This document shows positions 9,636-19,613 of a DNA stretch of 64,000 bases, piece after piece; positions within the stretch are counted from its first letter, which is position 1; each line of letters opens with the position of its first letter. The position numbers and the translations under genes were made by a program. The DNA lies in the NCBI GenBank assembly GCA_017939155.1, contig JAGAZZ010000048.1, positions 23,083 through 87,082 of the forward strand, given 5' to 3'. Source of the DNA: Alphaproteobacteria bacterium (GTDB taxonomy: Bacteria; Pseudomonadota; Alphaproteobacteria; RF32; CAG-239). The notes beneath the pieces were generated by a model. That model saw only the letters and a list, made by a program, of their open reading frames with translations. It was not told the DNA's origin and ran no database searches.

Positions 9636-10481
9636 ATGGGAATGCAAAACATCAAAGACGCCATAATAGCAAGCGATGGGGTAAGTCAAGCTTTCAAAAT
9701 GGGGGATACAAAGAAAGCACTCGAAATTATAGAGCGAAATTCCGGTATTCAGGCAAGAGAGCTTTGTGAACGATTGATAAAGTATGGTATGACTCCTGAG
9801 GAATTAGGTCGTCTGTTTGCTAAAATTTCTGATTATATAGAAAATGCTGTTGGCAAGTTTGAGCGCAATCAGCGGTTTAAAGAATATGTCGAAAAGCAAG
9901 TGCAAATCGCCGTGGAGCAAAAAGCAAGAGCCGCGGAAGAACAAGCCAAAAGAATTGCGGCTGAGCAGAAAAAAGCTGATGAAGATTGGAAAAGATTTGA
10001 AAAAAGACTTGCAGACAAAAGAAAAGAGCGTGAAAAGCTGATGTCCGAACACGGCAAGCTCTCTGCAGAACACAAAAAGCTTGAAACCGAAAACAAAAAG
10101 CTCAAAGAACAGCACAAAAAAGAAAAAGATGCTAAAAAGAGAAAGAAAATTGAAGCTAGAATCAAGAAAAATGAAACGCGTCAGAAAAAAATCTTAAAAG
10201 AACAGACCAAAAAAGAACTGCGTTGTCAACGGTTGTTAAAAGAAGAAAAAGAACTTAAGGTAAGTCAGAAAAAGGTGTCGCTAAGAAAAGAAAATCTGCA
10301 ACAGCGTCGGCAAAAACTGCAAGTGGAGCAAGAAAAACTTGAAATCCTCCAACAGCAAAACCAGCAAAGAGATTATGCTTCTGATAAGCCTGGCGCAGAA
10401 ACACCGCAAACACAGCAAACACCAAGTCAGGATATTACCCAAATCCAAATTTTAAGGCGTGTCAATGGCGGTCGGTCTTAA
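9636..10481 (+). CDS. K/E-rich coiled-coil protein
   Basis: 281-aa ORF with an AAGGAG SD, starting 17 nt after the previous gene. It has long heptad-like KE-rich stretches (KLETENKKLKEQHKKEKDAKKRKKIEARIKK). Confidence 0.6.
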   Translation: MGMQNIKDAIIASDGVSQAFKMGDTKKALEIIERNSGIQARELCERLIKYGMTPEELGRLFAKISDYIENAVGKFERNQRFKEYVEKQVQIAVEQKARAAEEQAKRIAAEQKKADEDWKRFEKRLADKRKEREKLMSEHGKLSAEHKKLETENKKLKEQHKKEKDAKKRKKIEARIKKNETRQKKILKEQTKKELRCQRLLKEEKELKVSQKKVSLRKENLQQRRQKLQVEQEKLEILQQQNQQRDYASDKPGAETPQTQQTPSQDITQIQILRRVNGGRS

Positions 10482-11656
10482 AAGAAAATATTATAAAGAA
10501 ATGCCGCAAAAATAAACGCCATAAATAAAAATCCGGTCATCAATAGCACCCGATTAGCGTTAATCTCACGCCTTAAGCGCCAAGCGGCAGTAAAAACTGC
10601 TAAATAGCACACTAAAAATGCCCCGCTGGATAAATTGACAATCGCATTAAAATCAAACAAAATCGTTGCCAAAATAATGATAAGCGTTGTAAACAAATTG
10701 CCTTTCGTACCGAAGCGCCAAAATTTTTCATGGTAAAATGCCGGTAATTCTTTATCAAGCGATAAGGCTCTTGAAATGCGGAAAATACTGAAATAAGTCG
10801 CGTTAATTCCCGTTGCATAAGCAATAAAAATCGTCAGATACACCAAAACAAATCCCACTTTCCCGAAAAGTTTTTGTGCCGCAATGGCGACCGCTACGTT
10901 AGGATGGGCATAAAGCTCTGAAATATCGGTAAAATGCAACACAACAAAAGCTAAAGAACAATAAAGCGCAATAACCGCAAGCAGGGTGGTGTAAATGGCT
11001 GCGGGAATGGTTTTTTGCGGGTTTTGCACATCACCGGCCGCATTCGTGATAACCCCGTATCCGGCAAAAGCAAAAAACGTCACCCCGATACCGCCCCAAA
11101 AGCTTTTAAGCTCGGGAGCGGGCAGGGCAGCCGTGAAAGCTCTGTCATAAAACACTAAACTCAAAATAAATAAAAACACCAAAATAAACAGTTTTAACGC
11201 TACCAAAAACGTTTCGGTTTTGCTGGAATCTTCAGTTCCTAACATATTAAGAAACGCCATTGCCGTAATCAAAACAACTGCCGAGATATTGATGATAAAA
11301 ACATTATCTCCGTTGTGAAACAAATGAGCCGCGTATATGCCAAAGGATTTTGCCATCATCGAAATAGAAACCGCCGAGGTCAGCATATAAAGAATAGTCA
11401 AACCACCTGATAACCAACGGTTAGAAAAAGAATGATGAAAAAAGTCCGTTAATCCGCCCGAACTCGGGTACCTGGAAGATAATTTGGCATACGAATAGCC
11501 CGAAAACATCGCCGCCACCCCCGCAATCAAAAAAGAAGCATAGGTAAATTTTTGGGAAATCATAATAACCTGTCCCAAAAGCGCAAAAATCCCCGCCCCG
11601 ATAATCGACCCGATACCGATAGACACTACATTAAAAAAACTTAAATCCTTTGCCAT
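10478..11656 (-). CDS. APC-family amino acid permease
   Basis: N-terminal SIGIGSIIGAGIFALLG motif and about 12 TM segments. The preferred start is ATG 11656 (MAKDLSFF), preceded by GGAGGAG. Confidence 0.85.
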   Translation of the reverse strand: MAKDLSFFNVVSIGIGSIIGAGIFALLGQVIMISQKFTYASFLIAGVAAMFSGYSYAKLSSRYPSSGGLTDFFHHSFSNRWLSGGLTILYMLTSAVSISMMAKSFGIYAAHLFHNGDNVFIINISAVVLITAMAFLNMLGTEDSSKTETFLVALKLFILVFLFILSLVFYDRAFTAALPAPELKSFWGGIGVTFFAFAGYGVITNAAGDVQNPQKTIPAAIYTTLLAVIALYCSLAFVVLHFTDISELYAHPNVAVAIAAQKLFGKVGFVLVYLTIFIAYATGINATYFSIFRISRALSLDKELPAFYHEKFWRFGTKGNLFTTLIIILATILFDFNAIVNLSSGAFLVCYLAVFTAAWRLRREINANRVLLMTGFLFMAFIFAAFLYNIFF

Positions 11657-11773
11657 CTTCCATCTCCTCCAAGGCATATAATCAAAAAAATGCCTTTTTC
11701 CACCATAAAAGGGAAGAAAACAAAAATAATTTCATTTGATTAGGCTTATACGGACATAATTGAGTAGTCGTAA

Positions 11774-12316
11774 TTATTTGTTTTGAATATGCCTTATTTG
11801 CTTTAGTGCTTTTCTTTTTTGTTTATATCGTTTTTTTATTGCGCCAAAAGTTAACTTGCTTAATACCCAATACCCCCAATAAGATAACCTTGGGTGCAAA
11901 ACGGGAGTATCCGAAAGAATGTATGAACCGTTAAGCTCTTTAATCCGATAACCGCCTTTCGCTTTCAGGTTGAAAATAAAAATAGATAATAAAAATTCGC
12001 CAAGATACCCTAAAAAGCGCAGTCCTTGCGTGCTCATTTCGTTATGGTCAATTTGCCTGTCTACCTCTTTCAAAACCGCAAAACAAAACTCGCTGTATTC
12101 AAAAAAAAGCTCTTTTTTCATCACAAACATATTGCACAAATATTGTATCGAACCACGTTCGATTTTTTCTATTCCGGTCATATATTCGGGGTACAAACGT
12201 TTTACTGTTTTGATAAAAATATCAAAAGTAGCGCGTTCTTGCTCTGGTAACTTGCAATATTGCTCTCCTATACTACCGCTGTTAACGTGTTTAACATCAT
12301 AGGGCTTTAGCACCAA
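11774..12316 (-). pseudogene. 5'-truncated DUF4422-type glycosyltransferase remnant
   Basis: Retains the central and C-terminal family motifs (YPEY...NMFVMKKELF...GYLGEFLLSIF). It lacks about 90 N-terminal residues. The only start is TTG, 32 nt after the upstream stop. Confidence 0.5.
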
Positions 12317-12348
12317 ACAATCGCAGTCCTCAAGTTGCGCACGGATAT

Positions 12349-13317
12349 TTACCTTTTCTTCCTTTTCACTGTGAATTTACGCCCGAAAATTTCCAAAATA
12401 TTGGTTTTATATTCTAAATCTATTTTCTTGTAATAATGAAGCAATTTGCCAACGCGAAATTTCGTTTTACGCTGAACAGCATATTCATCAAAAATCTCTG
12501 CCCACTGTTCCATATTTTTCTGATGCACTAACTTTTGTTCGTAAAGTAGCGTTTTTAAAGCATATTTTACCATCATATCTCTGCGACGAAAAGTATTTTC
12601 CAGATGTTGTCTATAGGACAACAGTACTTCATCTATATACTTATATTTTCCTAATTTAGAAAGTTGCAAATGCATAAACCAGTCTTCCAAAGGGGCTTTC
12701 TTTGTACATAATGCTCTTTTCTTTTGGGCTGTTGTTCGTGTTAAAGCCCCATTGGGAATATAATTGTTTTGAATCAAACTTTTGTAACTACCAAATTCAC
12801 CAGATAAAAAATCAATTTCTTTTCTCAGATGCCTAAGATAAGTACCGAAAGTTTTATATCTTGCCTCGCTTAAACGGACATTAAAACCAAGTTCATCCCA
12901 ACCCATGCATTCAGAATTTTCTCCGATAAACTCATTATCTCCAACCACTACCACATAATCATTATGACTAATCATAAAATTAGTCAACGTTTCTATTGCT
13001 TGAGGTTTGGCTACATCATCAGAAGCGATGATGTAGATAAACTGTCCCTGCACTTTTTCAATTAATTTGTTAAATGTAATACAAGTCCCTTGATTATCCT
13101 GTGTTTCCATAACAACACGTTTAAATCTTTGTTCACATATCGGCTTTAATTCTAAAATTTTTTGATACGTTCTGTCACTGGACCCGTCATCAATAATAAT
13201 CAACTCAATATTTTGATATGTTTGAGCAATAATTGAGCGAATTGTTTCCTGTACAAATCGCTCATGATTATACGCCGAAATTATAACAGATACTAATGGA
13301 TAATTATTCATAGGCAT
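12349..13317 (-). CDS. Family 2 glycosyltransferase
   Basis: [42 protein letters not shown] is a classic GT2 N-terminus. The start ATG (13317 or 13311) lies inside the upstream gene's 3' end. Confidence 0.88.
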   Translation of the reverse strand: MPMNNYPLVSVIISAYNHERFVQETIRSIIAQTYQNIELIIIDDGSSDRTYQKILELKPICEQRFKRVVMETQDNQGTCITFNKLIEKVQGQFIYIIASDDVAKPQAIETLTNFMISHNDYVVVVGDNEFIGENSECMGWDELGFNVRLSEARYKTFGTYLRHLRKEIDFLSGEFGSYKSLIQNNYIPNGALTRTTAQKKRALCTKKAPLEDWFMHLQLSKLGKYKYIDEVLLSYRQHLENTFRRRDMMVKYALKTLLYEQKLVHQKNMEQWAEIFDEYAVQRKTKFRVGKLLHYYKKIDLEYKTNILEIFGRKFTVKRKKR

Positions 13318-14392
13318 TGACAATATTTACAACTTTCTTGACTTCATCGTCAGTCATCACAGGAGAAATCGGCAAAGATATAATCGTTTTATGAATTTCC
13401 TCTGTAATGGGATAAGAGCGATTATTCCACTCTTGATAAGCCAACTGTTTATGTGGAGGTGTCGGGTAGTGAATAATTGTTTGCACCCCGTTATCCGTCA
13501 AATATTGCTGGAATCTATCGCGTTCTTGTGTTCTCACCACAAAGACGTGCCAAACGTGTGCCTGCTCATCATACGTTTGCGGCAGAACAATCCGTGGATT
13601 ATTGATGTTTTCACGATAATACTTCGCAATCACACGCCGACGAGTATTGTCTTCGTCTAAATGCGGCAGTTTTACATCCAAAATGGCTGCCTGAATTTCA
13701 TCAAGACGAGAATTTAATCCTTTGTAGATATGGTGATATTTCTTATCTGAACCATAGTTAGCAAGCGCTTTCACTTTATCTATTAACTCTTTATCATTAG
13801 ACACGACAGCCCCACCATCGCCCAAACAACCGAGATTTTTTCCCGGATAGAACGAAAATGCCGCCGCATCGGAGAGGTTGCCGGTACGTCTGCCTTGATA
13901 AATTGCGCCGTGTCCCTGCGCCGCGTCTTCAAACACTTTGAGGTTATACTTCTTCGCCAATGTCCAAATCTTTTCCATCTTCACCGCTTGCCCATATAAG
14001 TGAACAACCATAATAGCTTTGGTCTTCGGAGTAATTGCGGCTTCAACTAAGTCTGGATTAATATTGTATGTGTTAATATCCGGCTCTACTAAAACTGGTG
14101 TACAACCATTATCAGAAATCGCTAAAATCGTAGCAATATATGTATTTGCCGGTACGATAATTTCATCGCCTTCGCCAAAGCCGGAAGCTTTGATAATGAG
14201 CCTTAAAGCATCTAACCCATTAGCAACACCAATGGCGTATTTTGTGCCGCAATATTCTGCAAAATGCTCGGCAAATTTATCATTCTCCTCCCCTTGCAAA
14301 TACCACCCTTTATCAAGAATGTTTGTTAATCTTTCATCTATTTCTTTACGAAAACGATTATTTACTTTTGCTAAATCTAAAAATTTAATCAT
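13304..14392 (-). CDS. DegT/DnrJ/EryC1/StrS-family sugar aminotransferase (FdtB/QdtB-like)
   Basis: PLP-lysine motif [10 protein letters not shown] and the family's typical N-terminus (KFLDL...). It shares a locus with rmlA, rmlB and an FdtA-type isomerase. Confidence 0.88.
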   Translation of the reverse strand: MIKFLDLAKVNNRFRKEIDERLTNILDKGWYLQGEENDKFAEHFAEYCGTKYAIGVANGLDALRLIIKASGFGEGDEIIVPANTYIATILAISDNGCTPVLVEPDINTYNINPDLVEAAITPKTKAIMVVHLYGQAVKMEKIWTLAKKYNLKVFEDAAQGHGAIYQGRRTGNLSDAAAFSFYPGKNLGCLGDGGAVVSNDKELIDKVKALANYGSDKKYHHIYKGLNSRLDEIQAAILDVKLPHLDEDNTRRRVIAKYYRENINNPRIVLPQTYDEQAHVWHVFVVRTQERDRFQQYLTDNGVQTIIHYPTPPHKQLAYQEWNNRSYPITEEIHKTIISLPISPVMTDDEVKKVVNIVNAYE

Positions 14393-14488
14393 ACTATAAT
14401 TCCTTTCTCATTTTGTTTTTCTTTGACTATTCCTAGTTTTTTCATAATTCTTCCTTTAATTTTTCTTTTTTCATAAAACTCCTCAAAT

Positions 14489-14779
14489 TTAGCAAAAGAA
14501 AGAGGGATAACCATATTGAATATCCTTACCGTCTATTGCTTGTTGTAATAACTTATTATAATCATTAAAATCTCTAGATGGTTTATACACACTACAACCA
14601 ATAGCCATACCTCCCAAACGAGCTAATCTTGCGTCTAATAGAAATTGCTCTTCATTTTCATCTACGGCTAAACAACAATCAAAAGGATCATTAAAATATA
14701 AAGGATTAGATATCAATAACGAGCAATTCTCTAATGTTTTCATGGCAGCTTCAGAAGTCATAAACTTGTATAATGGCAT
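14489..14779 (-). CDS. DUF2971-like N-terminal fragment (96 aa)
   Basis: LYKFMTSEAAMKTLENCSLLISNPLYFNDPFDC matches the DUF2971 N-terminal signature. The protein is less than half the usual length. ATG 14779 is preceded by GAGGAGAG. Confidence 0.45.
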   Translation of the reverse strand: MPLYKFMTSEAAMKTLENCSLLISNPLYFNDPFDCCLAVDENEEQFLLDARLARLGGMAIGCSVYKPSRDFNDYNKLLQQAIDGKDIQYGYPSFFC

Positions 14780-14790
14780 TTTATCTCTCC

Positions 14791-17490
14791 TCAATACGTA
14801 TCATTAACGTGTTCAATTAAAGATTGTTTAATTTTCTCGGCAACATTACCGGCTTTAAGGTTAAGTTTTTTGCAACAGTTAATTCGCTGATATTTCATCG
14901 AATCTTGCTGTTTATATAAAATATTCGTTATTTGTTCATCTAAGGCTGTAATAGAAGAAACATGGTAATAAACCTCCAAAATCTGCCCCGCCATTTCATT
15001 TAGCTCAAATTTCCGCTCTGTGTCGAAGAAAATCATCGGTTTTTCGCTAGGCAACCATTCTGCCAAGAATGATATTGAGTTATTGACAATTAAGTCTGCT
15101 GTTTGGAATAAATCAATATAATCTCCTCCCATATAAACTTGGGCATTTGGTAAAGCATTCATCGCCGCAATCATAGAATTGGCTTTGCTCTCTGTGATAT
15201 ATCCGCTTTGTGTCAGACCATTAAACAAATTCGGATGAGGCTTAACAATCAGTTCAACATCTTTATGGGCTTGAACGTAATTATAAAAATAGTCCCATAA
15301 GTTCAAAACACCGTTAGCCAATCCGCGGCTATGACCATAAGCCCACCAATGCGGCGACCAAATAATACGCTTTATTCTGGATTTTTTCTTTTTACGAATT
15401 TTCCAAATCGGCGAATCCTGTAGGTGTGAATTATATAAATCGAATCTGGGATATCCGGTAATTTCAATATTATCAGACCTATGAATGACTGATGATAATT
15501 GTTCTGCATGATATTGGTTAGGTGCGAAGATTCTAAAATAATCTTGCTGATAGCTCAATTCTTTATTATCAGAAGCGGACAATAGAAAAGCATGAGGAAT
15601 CAAACAAACTTTAGAATAAAGACGGATTATATTCGTTTTGTATTCCAATATTCGTTGCCTATCAAAATGAATTTGCACAAATACATAGTCGGGTTTTAGA
15701 TTATAAATATCAAACATCGTCCCATCAGCACCACGTGCATCAATGTATTCTATATTATTATCTTCCAAAAATTTAATATTCTCAGATTTAAGCTCAAGCT
15801 TATTTAAATGCGGGACAACCAACACAGGAATTGCTACCACAAACACTTCAAATCTTTCATCTTTCATCAGGGTTTCATATAAACTTTTCATTGATGACCA
15901 ATAACTGGCTTCTTGAAATAGGAAAACGACTCGGATTTTATTATTGTTATTATGTCTCACTAATTGCCTAGAGACCTTTGCAATATAAGATTCTTGATGT
16001 AATTTCAAATGATAGCTCGCATAAATAGGCGATGTTAAGCCATTATCAATTCTATATAGAACATCTATAAATCTTCTATGGCAAAAATCAAACCCTGTTT
16101 CCATACTTTTAGGCAATTGAGTAAAAAAGGGAAGAAAATACTGTTTATATACACTCTTAAATCTTTTGATTCTCAATTTTTTAGGAAATTTTAAAATCTT
16201 TTTTAAAAGAGATTTCTCCTTTTTCGTCTGCACTACGTCGGCTTTCTGAGGAGTTACCACTTGAACAACAGTTTTAGGAGCCTCTTTCTTAAAATCAGTA
16301 GCACATATTTGAGTTAATTTGCCTTGTTTCTTATTAAATAACTTAACGTTTGTAACGCTTTCAATTTGTTTAAAGCGATGTTCAAAGCGATACTCTGCAT
16401 CAATTGCTTTTTGAGAAGCCTTGACAATATCAAGTCTTTCATCTTCGTGATTAAGTAAATATTCGCACACTTTACGTGCATCCTGAGGATTACCATATTC
16501 AAAAGTCGGTAGTTTTACATATTTACCGAATAATTGTTCATAGCCTTTTTTATAATCTGTTACCAAGCAGGCATTAGAGGCCATCGAATCCAGTAATCTA
16601 AAGGAAAACCCAAATTCTGTTGCCTGTAAATGCGACATATTAAAGCTAATTTTTGAAGTATTTAAGATATCAGAAATTTGTTCTATGGAATATGTCGGTA
16701 TATCATTAAATTTACTGGCTAAGCTATATTGTGAAAACTGCCAACGTTGACCGTACAAATGTAAATCTAAATCTGATAAATTCAATAAAACTGTTTCTCT
16801 ATCTGTTGAAGACAGAGAGTGAATAATATCCGTTTCTTTCAATGGATAATCCAAAGGTATTTGTGATAATTTAAATGCTTGAGCAATATCATAATGAGGA
16901 TTTTCTCTAAAACATTTTTCTAGCATAACCACTTGTTCTACTGTTAATTTATGCTGTTCTAACAGCCTACGCAAAACATTATCCCAATAATATCCGATAA
17001 ATGAAATATTTTTATTTTGTTGTTTTTTGCTTGCTCTAATATCTGTTGCAAAACGGATAAGAGATATAGATTCTGGATTGAAAGCGTCTCTTAAGGGACG
17101 GATATCTTCTTCATTATTTGCAAAAAATAAATATCGGTTAGGAAATTGCTTTAAATTTTCTTTGTCAGAAAAAAAAGGCACGCTATCTACCCCCCAAACA
17201 ACAAAAGGGCAATCTAACAACGTATGAAGTTTTTTATATCTAAAATTATTAAACGAGATAACTAAATCCGGATTTATTTTTTTTATATATTTATCCAACT
17301 TATCTGCATCTAAACTAGATGAAATATCATTTGTTCTGGCCGAATAATTTTCAATAAATTCATTAGCAGCCATATAATAGACATCATTTCCGTTACGCTT
17401 TAATGCGGTTATTAATCCCTCGTAAAATGCATAAAAATGATATTTTCCATTTATGTTTTCAGCTGGAAATGATACAAGTATTTTAGACAT
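14791..17490 (-). CDS. Two-domain glycan synthase: CgeB-like GT (N-terminal) + TagF-like CDP-glycerol glycerophosphotransferase domain (C-terminal)
   Basis: 899 aa. The N-terminal half resembles the CgeB-like proteins at 18330 and 44960. A K-rich linker follows (KKEKSLLKKILKFPKKLRIKRFK). The C-terminal half has TagB/TagF-type motifs (IIWSPHWW...VKPHP...ADLIVNNSISFLAEWL...KPMIFF). Confidence 0.7.
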   Translation of the reverse strand: MSKILVSFPAENINGKYHFYAFYEGLITALKRNGNDVYYMAANEFIENYSARTNDISSSLDADKLDKYIKKINPDLVISFNNFRYKKLHTLLDCPFVVWGVDSVPFFSDKENLKQFPNRYLFFANNEEDIRPLRDAFNPESISLIRFATDIRASKKQQNKNISFIGYYWDNVLRRLLEQHKLTVEQVVMLEKCFRENPHYDIAQAFKLSQIPLDYPLKETDIIHSLSSTDRETVLLNLSDLDLHLYGQRWQFSQYSLASKFNDIPTYSIEQISDILNTSKISFNMSHLQATEFGFSFRLLDSMASNACLVTDYKKGYEQLFGKYVKLPTFEYGNPQDARKVCEYLLNHEDERLDIVKASQKAIDAEYRFEHRFKQIESVTNVKLFNKKQGKLTQICATDFKKEAPKTVVQVVTPQKADVVQTKKEKSLLKKILKFPKKLRIKRFKSVYKQYFLPFFTQLPKSMETGFDFCHRRFIDVLYRIDNGLTSPIYASYHLKLHQESYIAKVSRQLVRHNNNNKIRVVFLFQEASYWSSMKSLYETLMKDERFEVFVVAIPVLVVPHLNKLELKSENIKFLEDNNIEYIDARGADGTMFDIYNLKPDYVFVQIHFDRQRILEYKTNIIRLYSKVCLIPHAFLLSASDNKELSYQQDYFRIFAPNQYHAEQLSSVIHRSDNIEITGYPRFDLYNSHLQDSPIWKIRKKKKSRIKRIIWSPHWWAYGHSRGLANGVLNLWDYFYNYVQAHKDVELIVKPHPNLFNGLTQSGYITESKANSMIAAMNALPNAQVYMGGDYIDLFQTADLIVNNSISFLAEWLPSEKPMIFFDTERKFELNEMAGQILEVYYHVSSITALDEQITNILYKQQDSMKYQRINCCKKLNLKAGNVAEKIKQSLIEHVNDTY

Positions 17491-17517
17491 AGTTACTCAC
17501 TTTCGTGTTCTGAGTTT

Positions 17518-18333
17518 TTAACGACATTTATCTTCAATATGAATTGCAGCTTTAGCCAACTCAATCATTGCCACCATTTCATCTTTTGAAATTTCTGAAC
17601 TAAATTCAAGGCAACCGTGTCCCGCATTAGGTGTGTTATTTCTGCAGTCATAAACAGAAATAATATAATTCAACATTTCTTCCGGCAAATGTGAACGATT
17701 ACGATATCCTTCAAAAAATGATTTTAGTGTTTGATTTTGCACCGTTGGTGTTGCAAATACATTTTTAGCAAGTGCCTCAAAAATACTTGCTGTTGCATGT
17801 AACACTCCGGCACCATCATCCCTGTTAAGACAATTTTCTGCTCTATCCAATAGCTGTTGCATACTCGGATGTTTTTCTGTTTTTGTTGGTATATCATTCT
17901 CTAAAGATTGCAATCTTTCTATCACAACCTCTCCATCCTCGTGTTTATAATGCACAGGAATACCTACATTTTGAAAAAGCGAATTGGCTTTTTCAATAGG
18001 TAACCAATTATGCTCAATGATATTGCTCAAAGTTTCATATAAATCTAATGACGAGGCATTTTGAATCAGTGAAGGAATTTTATTATTTAAATATGTTTCC
18101 TCTTGATATGTCCACATCCCCCAATCATCCGGCATAAAATTAACCATTGAATTGCACAGAGTAGTTGCCAATATACTGTACAAATTTATTTTGCTTGCAC
18201 AGTTGACCGTACCATCATTACTCTGATTCGCTATTTTCATTAAACATCGAGTAATAGCAACTCTAGCCTCATGTGGAATAATTTGATTTTCCAAAAATTC
18301 TTTATCTTCATCTTTATAACAATGTAATTTCAT
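17518..18333 (-). CDS. AbiJ-like abortive-infection protein with C-terminal HEPN/Abi_C motif
   Basis: C-terminal RNNTPNAGHG followed by a helix (MVAMIELAKAAIHI) resembles the RN..(D)AHG HEPN motif of Abi_C. The middle segment FQNVGIPVHYKHEDGEVVIERL resembles the AbiJ N-terminal domain. Confidence 0.5.
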   Translation of the reverse strand: MKLHCYKDEDKEFLENQIIPHEARVAITRCLMKIANQSNDGTVNCASKINLYSILATTLCNSMVNFMPDDWGMWTYQEETYLNNKIPSLIQNASSLDLYETLSNIIEHNWLPIEKANSLFQNVGIPVHYKHEDGEVVIERLQSLENDIPTKTEKHPSMQQLLDRAENCLNRDDGAGVLHATASIFEALAKNVFATPTVQNQTLKSFFEGYRNRSHLPEEMLNYIISVYDCRNNTPNAGHGCLEFSSEISKDEMVAMIELAKAAIHIEDKCR

Positions 18334-19613
18334 TTTCCTTGTCTCCTTAAATATCGTGATTGTTTTTTATTTGTTCGGTTGAATTGACAAACAGGTGTGG
18401 GACCTCCCACATCTAACAGTTTCACTCTACCATATTCTTCAACTATTTTAAATACATTTTCGTAACGATGATTCTTATTTATGAATTGTTGGCAAGTCTT
18501 AACAATATCAGCTCTTTCTTTATCATATTTTAAGAAATATTGGCATTTATCTTTCAACTCTTTAGCATCATTAAAAGTAGGAACAATACCGCCGAATAAT
18601 CTAACTAAATCATCTGTCGGATTTGATAATAACATAGAATTAGAAGCCATAATATCACACACTCGCCATGAAAACCCTGTATTCACTTGTGCGTGTGGTA
18701 AACTCAAAGATATTTTACTTGCATTATAAATCTGTTTATTTGCTTTGATTGAATAAACAGCATTTAGGTGGCATTTTTTTAATAACGAATAGAAATTAGA
18801 AATACATCTTAAATTTTGGTCCCATGTATAAATATGCAAATCCATATCAGAGAGTACGGAAAGAAATTCTATTCGTTTTTCGGAAGTTAAAGCTCCAAAA
18901 ATTTCTGAAATTATTCTGTCATAACCTTTATCTCTCTTTAACAAAGCAATGATTTGTTTATAAATTTCTAGTGTTTTGACGCTCTTTTGATGAGATATTT
19001 TTAACTCATCAATCAGTTGAATAATAAGATTTCTTAATTTTTCCTTATTTTCATCACTTTGAATAGCCAAATCAGCAAAGAAAAAGTCAAATAAAAACCA
19101 ATTAGGATTATAAAAGTTACCAATAAATGTTATGTCTTTTGTAAATTTTACATTTTTACTACAGCGAACATCTGTTGAATAAGGAATTAATAACTGTCTT
19201 TCATAAGGAATATTATACTCACACCGCAAGGTATCTGCCATATCCGTATTGAAATAACATACCGAATATTGTCCGCTTTTTTTCTTCAACAAGTCTTTAT
19301 TGCGCCAATAAATTGGCGTATCAGATGCCACAACAAACACCGGACACGTAAAGTGACTAAAAAGAGCCGAATCAAAAGCATTATTAAAAGCAAAAACAAT
19401 TTCCGGATTAAATTTTTTAACTTCCTGCACTGCTTGCCAAGAATAAAGTTTCCGTTTCCATAGCTTACGATGTTCAAAATCTTTGCAAATATAAGGCATA
19501 ACTTGATTACCGTGCCGAGCAAGAACTTCAATAAAACTCTCAATATACGGTTCTAAACCAAAAGGAGAAAAAGCCCTGAAAAAACCGTCAGCACAAACAA
19601 GGACTCTAGCCAT
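18330..19613 (-). CDS. CgeB-like (DUF3880 / Glyco_trans_1_2) glycosyltransferase
   Basis: 427 aa. Similar in layout to the N-terminal half of 14791-17490, with a C-terminal ...NHRYENVF... typical of CgeB-like GTs. Its stop overlaps the next start (ATGA). Confidence 0.6.
   Translation of the reverse strand: MARVLVCADGFFRAFSPFGLEPYIESFIEVLARHGNQVMPYICKDFEHRKLWKRKLYSWQAVQEVKKFNPEIVFAFNNAFDSALFSHFTCPVFVVASDTPIYWRNKDLLKKKSGQYSVCYFNTDMADTLRCEYNIPYERQLLIPYSTDVRCSKNVKFTKDITFIGNFYNPNWFLFDFFFADLAIQSDENKEKLRNLIIQLIDELKISHQKSVKTLEIYKQIIALLKRDKGYDRIISEIFGALTSEKRIEFLSVLSDMDLHIYTWDQNLRCISNFYSLLKKCHLNAVYSIKANKQIYNASKISLSLPHAQVNTGFSWRVCDIMASNSMLLSNPTDDLVRLFGGIVPTFNDAKELKDKCQYFLKYDKERADIVKTCQQFINKNHRYENVFKIVEEYGRVKLLDVGGPTPVCQFNRTNKKQSRYLRRQGK

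Noticed and set aside
9804-10165. Antisense or alternative-frame ORFs within the K/E-rich coiled-coil gene.
   Set aside because: The low-complexity AAG/GAA-rich sequence keeps the complementary frames open (F/L/S-rich products). They have no SD or promoter.
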